Source of the DNA: Chromera velia | Taxonomy: Eukaryota | DNA length: 46,878 bases | Assembly: GCA_018398765.1 (NCBI GenBank) | Contig: JAHBMJ010000485.1 | Location: forward strand, 1-46,878 | Direction: 5' to 3' | Shown here: piece by piece, positions 10,813-24,470 of the stretch | Position numbering within the stretch: position 1 is the first letter of the stretch | Layout of the letters: every line of letters begins with the position of its first letter | Notes under the pieces: model-generated | Seen by the model: only the letters and a program-made list of their open reading frames with translations | The model's database searches: none | Told to the model about the DNA's origin: nothing | Program-made: the position numbers and the translations under genes

Positions 10813-11867
10813 TCATTCTAAATCTGACTCGACCGCTTCATCCGAATCCGAATCTTCTTCCTCAATTTCAAAGACCTCGTCAGGATGCACGTCGAGATCA
10901 TGGGCGCTCAGCCAGGCAGCAGCTGCGGAGTCCACACCCCCAGTCTGCCCTCCCCCGCCCTCTGGTGCATGCCCAATCCCACTCACAGCAGCTGCAGCTT
11001 CCGGTCCTTTGCCTCCTTCGTCCCCATCCTCCACCGTTGCAGCAGCGGCGACGGCGACTGCAGAAGAAGAAGACGACGAAGAAGCCCCCTCTCCTGGAAT
11101 TGGCTGCTCAAGAAAGTTCGTCCGCACAAAATAGCTGCAAACCGGGGGAAAACAATGAGAGGACAGAATCAATCCATGGGGAAAGGGGTGAGAGAATGAC
11201 ATTCAAACAGCACGCGAAGACAAAAAAAAAGAAAAAAAAAACACAAGAGACGTAGAAAAAGCGGGCTCAAACAACAGAGGAAGAATGGTGAAGACGGATG
11301 AAGAAGGGAGAAAAGAATGGAGTGAATGAGTGAGCGAATGCATGAAGGAGTCAGTAAATGGATGGGCGGAAATGAACCCATACACAAGCGAGCAAGTAGA
11401 TATGAAAAGGAGAAGGAATGAAGAAAGAGACGGAAAGACAACAAAAGAAAGAGAGAAGAAACAGAGAAAGAGAAGGGGGNNNNNNNNNNNNNNNNNNNNN
11501 NNNNNNNNNNNNNNNNNNNNNNNNNNNNNNNNNNNNNNNNNNNNNNNNNNNNNNNNNNNNNNNNNNNNNNNNNNNNNNNNNNNNNNNNNNNNNNNNNNNN
11601 NNNNNNNNNNNNNNNNNNNNNNNNNNNNNNNNNNNNNNNNNNNNNNNNNNNNNNNNNNNNNNNNNNNNNNNNNNNNNNNNNNNNNNNNNNNNNNNNNNNN
11701 NNNNNNNNNNNNNNNNNNNNNNNNNNNNNNNNNNNNNNNNNNNNNNNNNNGGGGGAGAAAGGAAGAAAGTAAGGAGGAAGGAAAGAAAGAAATAAAGAGA
11801 CAAATAAATAAATAAATAAAGAAAGAAAGAAAGGAAGGAAGGAAGAAAGAGAGAGAAAAAAAAGAAA

Positions 11868-11901
<34 letters not shown>

Positions 11902-12580
11902 ACGAACGAACGAACGAAAGAAAGAAAGAAAGAAAGAAAGAAAAAAAAAATTGAAAATGGAAAATCCAAACATGACAATTGGCGGAAAAGATAAAGAGAA
12001 GAAGAGCACTGAAGAGGGAGAACACCAGCTAGAGCATCTAGTTGTTTGTTTATGGGAACTCACCGAACTGCCTGCAGGAAGAGAGACTCCCATCTTTTCA
12101 CATCAGGCGCCAGCAGTTGCCACAGCAGGGGCAATCGGGGCTTGGCCTTGCCGTCTCCTTCACCCCCGTCTCCAGCAGGTGCTCCCCTGCCCCTCCCCGG
12201 TAAAACCGGAGCCCCTTCCGGGAGGTCATGAGAGAACTTACACGCGGAGCCGTACCTTCACAAACAAACAAACGAACGAACACACACACAAACGCGCGCG
12301 CGCTTCCACACAGGCCCCAATTCTCTTCCCTAATCTCCACACATCGATGCCTTGGCAGTCTACCTGGAATTCCGGTCTTCCTCCGGTTCTCTCTAGTTCC
12401 CTAGGGCCTATGAACGGGTGGTCGCGAGGACGAGGCCGTGGGTAGATTACAAACTTTGGCAATGAAAAGCCAAACAGGTAAATTGTCTCTATATATAGGG
12501 ATGCGCATGGCAGACAAGAGGAAGAGCAGGGTGAAAGAGAAGGAACTGACACAGGACGACAGGGTGCGCGCGGGACAGAA

Positions 12581-12615
<35 letters not shown>

Positions 12616-15204
12616 TGTGTTGGGAGGGGGNNNNNNNNNNNNNNNNNNNNNNNNNNNNNNNNNNNNNNNNNNNNNNNNNNNNNNNNNNNNNNNNNNNNNN
12701 NNNNNNNNNNNNNNNNNNNNNNNNNNNNNNNNNNNNNNNNNNNNNNNNNNNNNNNNNNNNNNNNNNNNNNNNNNNNNNNNNNNNNNNNNNNNNNNNNNNN
12801 NNNNNNNNNNNNNNNNNNNNNNNNNNNNNNNNNNNNNNNNNNNNNNNNNNNNNNNNNNNNNNNNNNNNNNNNNNNNNNNNNNNNNNNNNNNNNNNNNNNN
12901 NNNNNNNNNNNNNNNNNNNNNNNNNNNNNNNNNNNGGGGGGGGGGGGGGGGGCACAGAAAACAGAAGCAACAAGGCGAAAAAAAATCCCGGAGGAAGAGA
13001 CAAGATCGACTCACTTGCACATCCTCTTGGCAGCAAAGTGAGTGCAGAGGACGGGCGCTTTCCCACCCCTCCCCCGTTGCACCCCTCCGTCGGCGTCGCC
13101 CCCCTGGCTCTCCCCTCCCCCTCCCTCTTGCTGTCGAGGTCCGTGCTGGTGTTGCTGTTTCTGCTGCTGCTGCTGTTGGTTGAAAAAGTAATCCCTGGAA
13201 ACCTGTTGTTGGAGGGCCTGCACTAGTTCTTGCTGCTGCTGTGCGTGGACAAGCGAGAGATGCCTCTTGTGGTGACTCGCAGAGGCAGAGGACGCAGCAA
13301 CATCGCTGGGACTATTGAGGGCGATGCGACCTGAAGCCGATCTCATTCCGAAACGAATCAACCCTGCAGAGAGATTTGGAGTCGAGCAGTTCCACATCTA
13401 GACGCTTTCTTTCTGTTCAAGCGGTGATCGACCTGATGCAACGGGATCTCGAACTATCTCCTCCGATCACCGTCACCGAGCGAAAAGAGAACGATCGATG
13501 AAGCCATCCATGTGTAGGCAAATGGATGGATGGATGGATCGAGTCGTTTGGATGGCCACCAGATAGAGCGGACGAATTAAAAACTGCGTGTCCAGAAAGA
13601 ATACCTCAGTTGTTTACATGAAGAGAGAGATCCCTTGACTCACTCATGTCAACATGCCCTGGTTGGAACGAAGAAACTGACTCTCAATGGCGCTGGCGGG
13701 TCTCTTTTCTCTTTTCACCTTCTCCACAGGCTGCCCCCTTTCCTCGGCACGCACTGCGGCGAGACCCTGCATGAAAGGACGGAATCAAAGAGGGAAGAAA
13801 ACGGGAGGATTAGATAGAAGCAAAGAAAAATTATGGAGGTGGAAAGCAAGCGGAGAGGGGGTGGACGAAAGAGGGAAGCAGCAACGCAGTGCAAGGAGTT
13901 GCATAGACAACATTTGGCTCCATCCAAAGAGAGACACAAAAAAGGGCCCTTCGACAACAGGAACAGAAAGAAAGAGGCAACCGCGCACCGCGAGAAGAAC
14001 AGAAACTTTCTTCTCCCCCGTTTTTCAACACAGTAAGAAACAGAGAATGCGAGTTGAGGGGATTCAGGGCTTCCCTATTTTATGACAGGGGAGAGCGCGA
14101 CGAGGAAGCGCTCTTTTGTGTTGCATCACAACCGATGAGTAAGACCATAAAGAAGAAGATCCTCAAAGCACGATCCATTTCTCTTTCGGTGTCCACATTC
14201 ACTTCGCAGTCTGGCATAAAATGAGATGAGCAAAAAAGCGCAACGGGAGGGCCCCAGCGTGGCAGACAGGGAGACGGGTCCGGACACTTTACTTGAGGGC
14301 CTACAACAGCAGGCAGACAGGGAGACGGGTCCGGACACTTTACTTGAGGGCCTACAACAGCAGGCAGACAGAGAGACGAAAGAAATCAGATCGGTGCAAT
14401 GTGCCCCTTCCCCTTCCCCTTCCTCCCAAATTTGATTGACTCATCAGTTGCTTACCCTCCGTTGGTTCTGGGCCCTCGTTGGAAAGTTCGCCTTCCTGGC
14501 CAGACGCCATTTCTCGATCTCTTCGGGGTTCTCCAACACCACCTTGCTGTACGCGTGCGCACACACACACACAAACAGACAGAGAGAGAAAGAGAGAGAT
14601 ACAGACACAAACCCTCAGAGAGAGATGCGGGGGGGGGACGTGAAAAGGGAGATGCGGGGGGGGGAGAAGAAGATAGAGAGGGATTAGAGACATGAGAAGA
14701 AGTATGCAAATCGAGAGGCCGTCTCATTGGACCGCGCTGTTTGAGCTTTCAATCGAAGAAAGAGGACTGGGACCAAGTCAGTATGGTGATCGAGCGAAGA
14801 AGAAAAACTCAGAGGCTTTTCAAGTCACTGCTCGATTGTCTGACTGCCCAATCACGTCCTCTCTACACGTCCACTCACTCACTCACTCACTCACTCACTC
14901 ACTCGTCATTCCCCTTGACGTGCCGCAGAGCGTGAAGTGCGAGGATCTCGAGAGGAGCGCTGCATCCAGAGGCAACGAACGAGAGAGAGTTGGGTAAGCA
15001 AGGCGGTGCAAGAAGGAGAGAGAGAAACAAAGACCAAATGGCAAAAAGGAAGGAATGCAAAGAAAAAGGGGTGAGAAAAGACGAAAAGTGGGCAAGAGGC
15101 GTGAACTCTCAGTCGGCTGGGCTTGGAGCCAGCACAGGCGCCCAATCCCTGGACCCTCTTTCTTTCTCTCTCTCTTTGTGTATGTGTGTGGTGTGTGTGT
15201 GTGT

Positions 15205-15252
<48 letters not shown>

Positions 15253-17420
15253 CGTGTACGTGTGCGAAAGAAAGGCAGCACATACGCGACAGAGGTGAAC
15301 CAAGCAGACATATGAGAGAGAGAGAGAGAGAGACAGAGGGAGGGAGGACCTGTAGGAGCATCCAGGTTCATCACAAGGCACGTGCTGGTCAATTTTGTGG
15401 TTGTCCAGCTTCTCCTGGCTTCTGAACGATTTATCGCACGTCGTGCAGTAGAACTCCCTGCAGGCATGCGCCGATGTACGGATGCATGGATGGATGGATG
15501 TACCGATGATACAGGTCTACTCATGTTGCAGCAAGAAATGCAGCAGGACGACCCCGCAATGTGTGAGGCAGGCTGATATTCCTGCAGCACCAGAGCTTCA
15601 CATACTCTCTGTTGCAAAAAGCAGCTGCTTTATCCGCGTCCTCTCCACCCTCACTGCACCATTTCCTGTCCTCGAATGAACCTGCATTCTCCAATCTCGA
15701 ATATAATCAGGCAGGAAGACACAAAACACGCAGCAAAAGAAAGATCAAACAGTCTCCAAACTCCCTGACTTTCAACCCCCTCCTTCTGATGTTTCGTTCT
15801 TCTCCATTTCAAGGTCACCGCCCCAACTCTCCACGGTTCCTCCTACCCATCCGTCCCCCCCTTCCCTCCCCCATCTCCCCTCTGACAGTGTATGTGTCTC
15901 ACTCTTTCAACTACTTACATGCTCTTCTCTTCACCACGAGGCATTTTTGCTTTTCGGAATCCTCCCATGTGGACGTTCATATGCCCCCCCGTTCCTGGGC
16001 CCATGCCTACGCCTTCCTCTCCCCAACCTCCGGAAGGTTCAAGTCTCTTCCGCCCGCCCCCCCTCATGCCCCCTCCCCCTCCTCTGCCTCTTCCCCCCCG
16101 TGCCATTGCACCGAGGGGGTTGTGCACGGGGCCAATGGGGAGAAACCCTATAGGGATCCCACCCCCAGGGCCCATCATGTGCGGCTGCTGTGGCGGAGCC
16201 CGGAATGCTCCTCCAATGGGAATTCCCCTCGAAGAGACCACAGAATGCACCGGACGCGGCGCCCTGTGAGGAACGAAGGGCCCGAACCCGGGGCGGGCAG
16301 AGGGCCCCGGAAAGCCCCCCGGCACAACCGGGACAGGAGGTGGGTCTGGTTCCTTCTCGGGTCCCGTTGAGACTCCAAAAAGGTCCCCGTACGGAGGAAG
16401 AGCAATCCCCCCGCCACTCAAATTTCCATTCGGAGGATGGGACTGGGGGCCTCTGGGGGGTCTCCCTCGTTGAGGGAAACTTGGAGGATTTTGTTTGGGC
16501 TGATGGGGTGCTCGTGCTTGCGGGGGCCCATCGGCAGTAGTCTGGCTTGGGGGGTAAGGTGTTGTCACTGCAGGTCCCCTGCCAGCACCCCTCCCGCCTC
16601 TATGAGCCTGGGGCGGACCCCGGACCCCTCTCAGCCCCCCTCCCCCAAAATGCCCTCCTCCTCCACGGCCTCTTTGTGCATGACCGATGGGCACTTGGTG
16701 TGCATGGCCGTTCTGCAGGGTGCATGCAAGAGAGAAGAAGGAAGAGAGGGGGTAGGCCAGCAGAAGAAAGATCACAGAAAGGAGAAAAACGGAATTTCTT
16801 TTCAGCATCTCTGCAGCTTGAGTTGTTCTCTCTTTCTCTGTCTTTCTCTCTGTCTCTGTTTCTGTCTCTGTTTCTCTCTCTCTCTCTCTCTCTCCCCACC
16901 TCTCCCCCCATACCTCCCCTGCCTCCCTCCTTCGACATCGCTTTGTTTCGCTCTCTCCGTCTGTCTAAGAGACTCTCTTCACACCTTGTCAGTAATTACT
17001 CCCTGCCTGCTTGTCTGCCATCCTTCGTCCCTCCAAGCTTACGAAAATCTCTTGTTTTCGACCTTCGCGCCCTCTTGAATGCCCCTCGGTCTTTCTGCTT
17101 CTGACTCTCCTTTTCTCTCTGTTTCCCCCTTCTATATGTTCACCGTCTACCCCTCACCCCCGCCCACCACCGTCTCTGTTTGATTATGAGGGCGCTGCGA
17201 GAAGTGCCTTTTCCTTTCAATTCCATCTCAGCCCTTGCAGCTCTTCATTCACCTGGAGGTGGGGTGGAGGTCTCTGGGGGGGCTGGTGCGGCCGCTGCTG
17301 AGGCGAAGGAACGGGGGGGCCACGAGACGGCGCAAACGGGGGTGGTGCCTTCGCTTTCTTTGGCGCCGCAGCAGCGCTCTGCTGGAGCATCTTCTCCCAG
17401 GCCAGCTGACTCGCTGACAT
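10813..17420 (-). CDS. NUFIP1: NUFIP1/Rsa1-like box C/D snoRNP assembly factor, 9 exons, about 721 aa
   Basis: Exons 17420-17253, 16712-15919, 15457-15350, 14959-14903, 14546-14456, 13766-13682, 13363-13015, 12255-12064, 11134-10813. All are GT-AG with compatible phases (2166 nt). Motifs: C2H2 FYCTTCDKSFRSQEKLDNHKIDQH, second finger CDEPGCSYS...H, PEP-like ENPEEIEKWRLARKANFPT, CCCH CTHFAAKRMCKYGSACKFSH, C-terminal LLAPDVKRWESLFLQAVRYFVRTNFL. Confidence 0.9.
11480..11750. other. Assembly gap (N run); further gaps at 12631-12935 and 19969-20311
   Basis: N runs flanked by G tracts, all inside introns. Exon phases on either side are compatible without extra exons. Confidence 0.99.
14261..14378. 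repeat. 51-bp intronic tandem repeat, about 2.3 copies
   Basis: GGCAGACAGGGAGACGGGTCCGGACACTTTACTTGAGGGCCTACAACAGCA occurs exactly at 14261 and 14312, and partially at 14363. Confidence 0.95.
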
Positions 17421-18110
17421 TGTGCGTTTTTCTTCGGATGTGGAGGGTTAGCAGACTATGGTCAGGTCCCGCAGAAAAAGAAGTGAAGAAAAGAACAACC
17501 ACCCAAAGAAAATGTCTAATTCGAATCAACCGAGCGCACTTTAATAATATCGGCGGGTCACAGAACTGAAAGATGCATTCCGTTTCTCTTGCGCAGCTTC
17601 GCAATCAACGAAGGAAAGGAACGTGAGAGGCACAGAACAGTAACAGTCATTTCTGGCATGCTGAATTCATGGAGACGGCCATGAGACGGCCACTCGCTAT
17701 AGCTGTGGGGACTGCCGTTGATAGGACGCGGCCATGCATGCACCCTCCGCGGCGCCGGGCCGGCCGCAGTTCTAGGGCGCGCCCGGCGCCGCGTGAGCAC
17801 TGAGCTGCCGCGGACCCAATTAAGCTCTGCCCCGGCTCTGCGTGCGCGTCCACGCACCCACAAAAATTACGAGACGGCCCAGAAATAACTGCGCGGTCAG
17901 AGCTAGGAGACGGTGGACGTTTGACGCATTTTGACTGCCCTCGTCGCTGACTGCTGCGCTCTTAATCCGTCAGCTGACAATCCTTCCATGCAGTGTCTGT
18001 GCACTCCACTCAGACAGTCTGGCCCCTTGCACTTTTTGAAGTAACCCAAACAGTCCCTCTCTGCCTCGTGACACAGTTTAATTTTGACCTTTTCCTCACA
18101 GACACAAAAA
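17421..18110. promoter_or_regulatory. Probable bidirectional promoter between NUFIP1 and cyclophilin
   Basis: The two ATGs are divergent and 690 bp apart. CpG-rich core at about 17720-17860. GAGACG at 17672, 17683, 17871 and 17907, and TGCATGCA at 17735. Confidence 0.65.
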
Positions 18111-20955
18111 ATGTCGGACCCCAAGGTTTTCTTCGGTCAGTCAGCAATCCTTTTTTTCTGCTCTCACGCACTCCACCTCATGCTGCTCTCCTCTTCTCAA
18201 GAGAACACAAACTTGTCCACCTTCTTTGATTTTCGTGCAGTCCTATTCAGAATCGAGAAGAGATCTTAATGTTTGCGTGTGCGTTCATGCGTATGTTCTC
18301 CTTTTGTGCTTGCAGACGTGACCATCGGCGGGCAGCAAGCCGGCAGAATTGTCATGCAGGTGGGAACCTTGCTTGAGTGAATGTTTTCATGTAAACTGCT
18401 TCGCTCACTTCAATTGTCTGTGTCGGTTTGGGGCCAAGCCAGCCCGACAGCCCGGGGTCTGTCCAGCCGCCCTCAGCAGCCCAACCGCCTCCTTTTCCTG
18501 ACAGTCATCTTTCCCCTTCAGACTGAGGGGAAAGAGGTGTGTCCCCCACTCACTGACTCTAGCAGATCTCTTTTTCCTGTCCTTCATCGTATTTCGCTCT
18601 TGGCGTCCAGGGGGCGGGGACTCTCCCTCTCTCCTTTGCTCTCTGAGGCAACCAATCAATTACCAATTCGCGCTTCTCCTCAGTGTGGGCTTGAAGTCTG
18701 GATGTGCACGAGCGTTGATGCACCTTCGTTTGCCTTCTCATTTCCGCCAGCTTCTTTCGGACTTTCGACTCACTTTTCTTGCTGCCTGCCCCCCGCAGCT
18801 GTACGCTTCCGTATGCCCCAAGACTGCCGAGAACTTCCGCGCCCTCTGCACGGGAGAGAAGGGATTCGGATATAAGTCAGTGAGTGCATGGTGGGCGCTG
18901 GGGAACCGAGTGGCTGGAGGGAGGGAGGGTGGGGGGAGGTTGGCAGACCTTTAGACATTACACATGAGAGGGCGGTATCCCTGTAAGTTTTTGGAAACAA
19001 AAGAAAGACATCTCTGATGCAGAGCCAGCCTGGTAGACACACGAGCCTGCGGGTTGTTTCACACCCTGTCGGCTCCTTGTCTCTCTAATTTCTGCTCTTT
19101 TTTTTTCTTTTGGTGTCCGGCTACTCAGCACCAGCACTGACTCCTCTGGTCGGTTGCTCAGTGTAGTCTGTGCCTTTTTCACTGAGAGGCGTGTGTGTGG
19201 GGAAGCAAAGGATGTGTCAAGGAACTCACTTCATAGACGCATATGTGGGTCTCTGACTTTGGACTGGTGATAAAGAGTCCTCTCTCCGACGTCGCCCAAA
19301 GACGAGGGGGCTGGTCGTTCGAAGAATGCTGTCGAGATGCTGCTCTCTGTATTTGCCGACATGTTGCCCCCCCAGTGGTCGTCTTTTCTGCCGATGTGAA
19401 CCTTGAAGTTTCTGCTGCTGTGTTTCTTCTTTCTGGTCTGCCGCAGGGGATGCTCCTTCCATCGCGTGATCCCGAACTTCATGCTCCAGGGTGAGACAGG
19501 AGAAGAAGTGAAGAGGCATTGTTTCGGTGTACACGTTCCTGCATGCGATTGGTTTCGTCCCCTCTTCTGCTGCGAGTTTTGGCAGTGAGGCCTGGCTCTT
19601 TGACTGGTCCCTGGGTGTTCTTTGTTTTCTTGGTCTAGCTGTCTTCATGAGATGCATCTGCCAGAACGAAGGTTGACAGAACCCCTGAAGAAGGGGGGGC
19701 CGGGGAGGACATGCAGAGAGGGACGGGAGCATGAGAGGAGACGGAGGAGACGCAATGGAAACCTGCTGTTGTCCGGCTGCTCGTCTGCTTCCTTGCTTCT
19801 GGATGAGTGCAGGAGGCGACTTCACGAACCACAACGGCACTGGAGGAAAGTCCATTTACGGCAACAAGTTTGAGGTTTGTGTGGCCTCGTTTTGTCTCTT
19901 TCCTCGTCTTCTTGCTCGTCATTGTCTCTTTGCATCTCTCCATCTTCGTAGCTTTGTGTGTGTGCTTGNNNNNNNNNNNNNNNNNNNNNNNNNNNNNNNN
20001 NNNNNNNNNNNNNNNNNNNNNNNNNNNNNNNNNNNNNNNNNNNNNNNNNNNNNNNNNNNNNNNNNNNNNNNNNNNNNNNNNNNNNNNNNNNNNNNNNNNN
20101 NNNNNNNNNNNNNNNNNNNNNNNNNNNNNNNNNNNNNNNNNNNNNNNNNNNNNNNNNNNNNNNNNNNNNNNNNNNNNNNNNNNNNNNNNNNNNNNNNNNN
20201 NNNNNNNNNNNNNNNNNNNNNNNNNNNNNNNNNNNNNNNNNNNNNNNNNNNNNNNNNNNNNNNNNNNNNNNNNNNNNNNNNNNNNNNNNNNNNNNNNNNN
20301 NNNNNNNNNNNNGGGGGGGGGGGGGATGCCAATGTACCGCGAAGAGCAGTTCTCGACTTCCGGAGGATTCGTTCATGAGTGTGTCTGTCTGTTTTTCTGT
20401 CGGTGTGTGTGGGTGTGTGGGTGCAGGATGAGAACTTCCAGTTGAAGCACACGGAGCCCGGCCTTCTGTCCATGGCCAACGCCGGACCCAACACGAACGG
20501 GTCTCAGTTCTTCCTCACCACTGTCCCCTGCCCCTGGCTGGACGGCAAGCACGTCGTCTTCGGAAAGGTGGGACAGACAGCACCAAAGAGTTTTTGATCT
20601 CTCGAGAAAGTGTGTGGGGTTGTGTGGTGTCTTGTCCGCATTCTGTTCATATCTTCCCTTGTTTCTTCTCCGGTGCGCGCATTTGTCTTCTTCTAGTTTT
20701 CGTTTCTCAATATGCCGCACAGTCTTTGTCTTTCGCTTCAGATCTACTTCTATAATCTTTCCAAAATGGCTATTTCAACTCATTGCTCATTGCTCTGCTC
20801 TTCCTTTCTTTCTTCTGTTCATTCACTCTGCCTGCCTGTATGCGTTCTTTCAGGTCTTGGAAGGCATGAACGTCGTGAAGGCTGTCGAGGCCCAGGGAAG
20901 CCAGTCCGGAGCCCCCAAACAGAAGGTCCTCATCGCAGACTGCGGGCAGATGTAA
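18111..20955 (+). CDS. PPIA: Cyclophilin-type peptidyl-prolyl cis-trans isomerase (cytosolic CypA-like), 7 exons, 164 aa
   Basis: Exons 18111-18135, 18316-18359, 18799-18875, 19447-19490, 19813-19874, 20427-20567, 20854-20955 (495 nt, GT-AG). Translation: [14 protein letters not shown]...[16 protein letters not shown]...[28 protein letters not shown]...[16 protein letters not shown]...[10 protein letters not shown]. Confidence 0.97.
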
Positions 20956-22469
20956 AGAAAGAAAGAAAGAAACAAAGGAAGACGGGAAAGGAAGGGAGGG
21001 CGAGAAAGAATTCAAGGGTGGCGGAGCAAGGAAGAGAGGAAGGAGGAAGGGAGGGAGGGATTTCATGAGCGAGCATGTCGACCTGCAGAGCTGCTAAGCG
21101 GCATGCGCTCTGATTCCTTCCTTTCGTCGTTTTGCCTCGGTAGATCTGCTCCGTGTCTTTCCAAATAACTCCACTTCACTGCGTGCTTTGCAAAGGTCAC
21201 CTCACTTGCACATCCTTTCACTTCACATACATTCACTCTTTCCATTCACTCCTCGATTTCTCACCTAAAGTTCTTTTAAACTCACCTTCACAGTATTTAG
21301 TTGGTACCTAATCTTCTGCTGACCTGGGTCTGTCCGAGCTCAATGGGGAGTCGACTGGCAGTCACCCGTGCGTTGAAAAATCTCTGTCTGTCCGTTGGTG
21401 TGTGCTCAGCATGCCTTCGTTTGCTAGTTCGATCTGTTCCCTTCAGGATGAAGGAAGGAAAGAAGAAAACGAGGAAAGGGTGTCGATGGATAAGAGCCAA
21501 GAGAGAAGGGAGGGGGGGGAGAAGGGACATGGCAGGAAAGTGACATGTCCAGAGAGCGCTCACGGTGGGTCCAGGGGAAAAGGAACAACCGTGGAAGAAA
21601 CAAATGACTACCGAAGACAGATCCAAGAAGGTGAGGCAGTCAGAGCTGTTTCTTTTTTTTTCGTTTGGCTGAATGCGTGAGTGGGGTGACCCGCTTGCTT
21701 GTTCTGCTTCATTTGTCCAGCCATGCACTGACGGTGAGAGAACTTGAAGAAAAGAACGGTGAAAAGATGCAACGAGCGTCTCGACTCCAGAAGGTTGCGA
21801 TCGGTCCCCTTTTGGATAGCCCGAATGAAATCACTCAGGAAATCGTTGGGGTGCATTGTCCACCATGGATGAGAGAGAAAGAGGGGCCTAGAGCTAGAGG
21901 GGCAAGCCTGGCGAACCACTGGCGATTCCAACCTGCAGAGAGCTTCTTGTTCGAAAGCAGTGGAATCGACTGCATGCTAGACTGCATGCATCATGATCAT
22001 GGTCATTAATTGTAATGTCAACACGATCGAGGAACCGACACCGATCAGCCGAGGGCGTGTGGCCGCCTGTCTCTTAAAAACTCATTGACATACTACATCT
22101 AGCATCTATATGTAGATTGATATGTCTAGTGATATGTTAATAAAGTTGGTTTTTTAACTGTTTGTATCCCAGGAAAAACTTGAAAAGTTGACTGATTCAT
22201 TGATTGGTATTGGTTTCCGGTTCAGTGCTAAGCCTTAATTCCCGCATGCAGGAGTTCAGAAAACAAATAGCTAGACTAATAGCTATATAATTTCAATAAT
22301 ATATATGTTAATAGGCTAATAATAGTAGTTGTACTAGTTGTATATAAGTTGATGTCAATAATGATTTTCGATGCCACTTGCTTTCGAAAAAAAAGCTTTG
22401 TGCAGGCTCTTCTCAAATTGCCACTGATCTAGCCAGTGTAGTAGCCACTGATTCGCCATGCAGGCTTGC

Positions 22470-23391
22470 TTATTCGGAGTCTTTTTGGCCACCACAGCGC
22501 AGAGGCTCAGCCCATCCTCGTATCACCATCGAAAACAACGCAGGTCCCTTAAAGTTCCCCCCCTCTCTTCTTGTCCTCTTCCCCGACCTCTTGTCCCTCG
22601 CTACTTTGGGTAGGAGTACGTGGGAATACTCCATGCAAACTGAGTCTCCAGTCCCTGCGAAGAGTTGGCAACATGAAGTACCATTTAGATCGGCAGTCAT
22701 AGAAGAAGAGGGACACAGACCAAAGCCAGGGAAAACGCGGAGCAAAAAGAGATCCTTCAGCCCGGATGATGAATTTCAACTCTCTTGGATTGCATACAAA
22801 AACAAACGCCGCTTGAATGAACACGGGAAAGAAAGAATAAACCAACGGTGAAGAGAAAGACAAGGAAGGAACGCAGTGACGGACGGAAGGAAGGAAGGAA
22901 GCAAGCAAGCAAGGAAGGAATCAAGGAAGGAAGGAAGAAACGAAGGAAAGAAAGAAGAAAGGAAGGAAGGAAGGAAGGAAGGAAGAAAGGGCGGAAGACA
23001 AGAAGGCAAGAAGGAAGGAAAAAAGTAACGAGGGAAAGAGGAGGAAGGAAATTTAAAAGGAAGGGAAGGGAAGGGAAGGGGAGGGGATGGAAGGGAGAGA
23101 CGAAGAAAAAACGGAGAAGAGCCATGCAGAAACGATGAAAGCTCAACGACAAGTCCCAAGGTAATGATTAAAGCCCCGTTACGCAATCTGACCCTAATGA
23201 ACTGACCAGAAAGGGGTTCCCCATCGGCCAGCTCCTACAGACACCCCGGCCGTTTCCCCTCGATCATCCGTGTCAAATGGGTCTTACCGTTGATGTCAAA
23301 GCCGGCTGCACACAAACTCAGAAGGTCATTCAATTTGAAGGGAGGAAAAGGAAACAGTCAAGACAGCATGGCCAATCTGAAGCGTCACATC
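22470..23391. repeat. About 900-bp dispersed direct repeat, copy 1
   Basis: Colinear with 25275-26138, e.g. GAGGCTCAGCCCATCCTCG and GCCATGCAGAAACGATGAAAGCTCAACGACAAGTCCCAAGGTAATGAT, with a central (GGAA)n tract. Confidence 0.9.
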
Positions 23392-24204
23392 ATGGACACA
23401 CATGCATGCAGTAGGTCAAACCGAAACCTCACTCACTTGTTCAAAAAGTGGCGCCTATAAATTCGCTCTCTGGGCGCAGCTCTCTTCAAGCAACTTACAT
23501 CGTCCTCCTCCCTACTCAACAGGGATATGGGTGTCGTGTCAAGCAGTCACCAAATGAAATTGTGGTCGCACAAACTTCAAGAGTAAATATACCAGCCCAT
23601 GAAGCTTTCTGCGGCTGACCGAGGCAGGGGCGAGGATCCCGAAATTCAGAATAGAATAGACGAGACCAGATCAACACCATCATTCCGACTCAAAGACCCA
23701 CGTATATGATGGCCTAGCTCGGGTGGTTGTCGCGGCCGCTCCGGGACTGCACTCACAAACCATACTACTGCCCGGGAAGGGAAGAGAGAGCAAGAGGGAG
23801 GCAGGGGGGCGAGGAAGCAGAGAAGGAACGCCCGCCCGACTCGATTAATAAAGCAAGTCGAGTGGGCTGATGATAACATTCACATACACGTGCGCGCTCG
23901 CTAATTTTCAGTCCGTCTCTGCCTTTGCTGCATGGTACATATGTGCACGAGTATCAATTTGTTCATCTATATGTCTGTGTGTGCGTGTCTTTGTTTGTTT
24001 GCTTGCTTGCTTGTTTGTGTTGTGTTAGGGGGNGGGGGGGGTTATAAGAGCAAAAAAATGGTCTAGCTGTTTATATACAAATAAAAGAAAGAGGCACATG
24101 GATGTGTGTGTGGGCGTGCATGCAAGTACGTGGGTCAGCCAATGATTGAATGGGTCAGGGGGAGAGGGAGTCAGGAAGTACAGGTGCGTTCGGATGCTCA
24201 CATA

Positions 24205-24267
24205 CGTGTATGTATGTGTATGTGTATGTGTGTGTATATGTGTGTGTATGTGTATGTATATGTGTGT

Positions 24268-24320
<53 letters not shown>

Positions 24321-24438
24321 AATATATGAGTGTGAATGTGTGAGTATGAATGTGTGAGTGTGAATGTATGAGTGTGAATGTTTGTGTATGAATGTGTATA
24401 TGTGAAATTCAATGTGTATGTGTATGTGTGTGTATGTA

Positions 24439-24470
<32 letters not shown>

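Noticed and set aside
12363..12490. Candidate extra NUFIP1 exon (ETIYLFGFSLPK...PEFQ)
   Set aside because: Inserting it would split the CCCH finger, which is complete when 13015 joins 12255 directly.
11169..13226. ORFs spanning N runs and (GAAA)n tracts
   Set aside because: They are artefacts of gaps and intronic simple repeats. The real exons splice around them with matching phases.
14261..14378. Possible CRISPR-like array
   Set aside because: The 51-bp units are contiguous with no unique spacers, lie in a eukaryotic intron, and have no cas genes nearby.
15520..15682. Candidate NUFIP1 exon after a CAG acceptor
   Set aside because: It reaches a stop in the required phase, while exon 2 joins exon 3 cleanly (SM-EFYC).
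21297..22009. ORFs downstream of the cyclophilin gene
   Set aside because: They have no recognisable motifs and I could not build a consistent spliced model.
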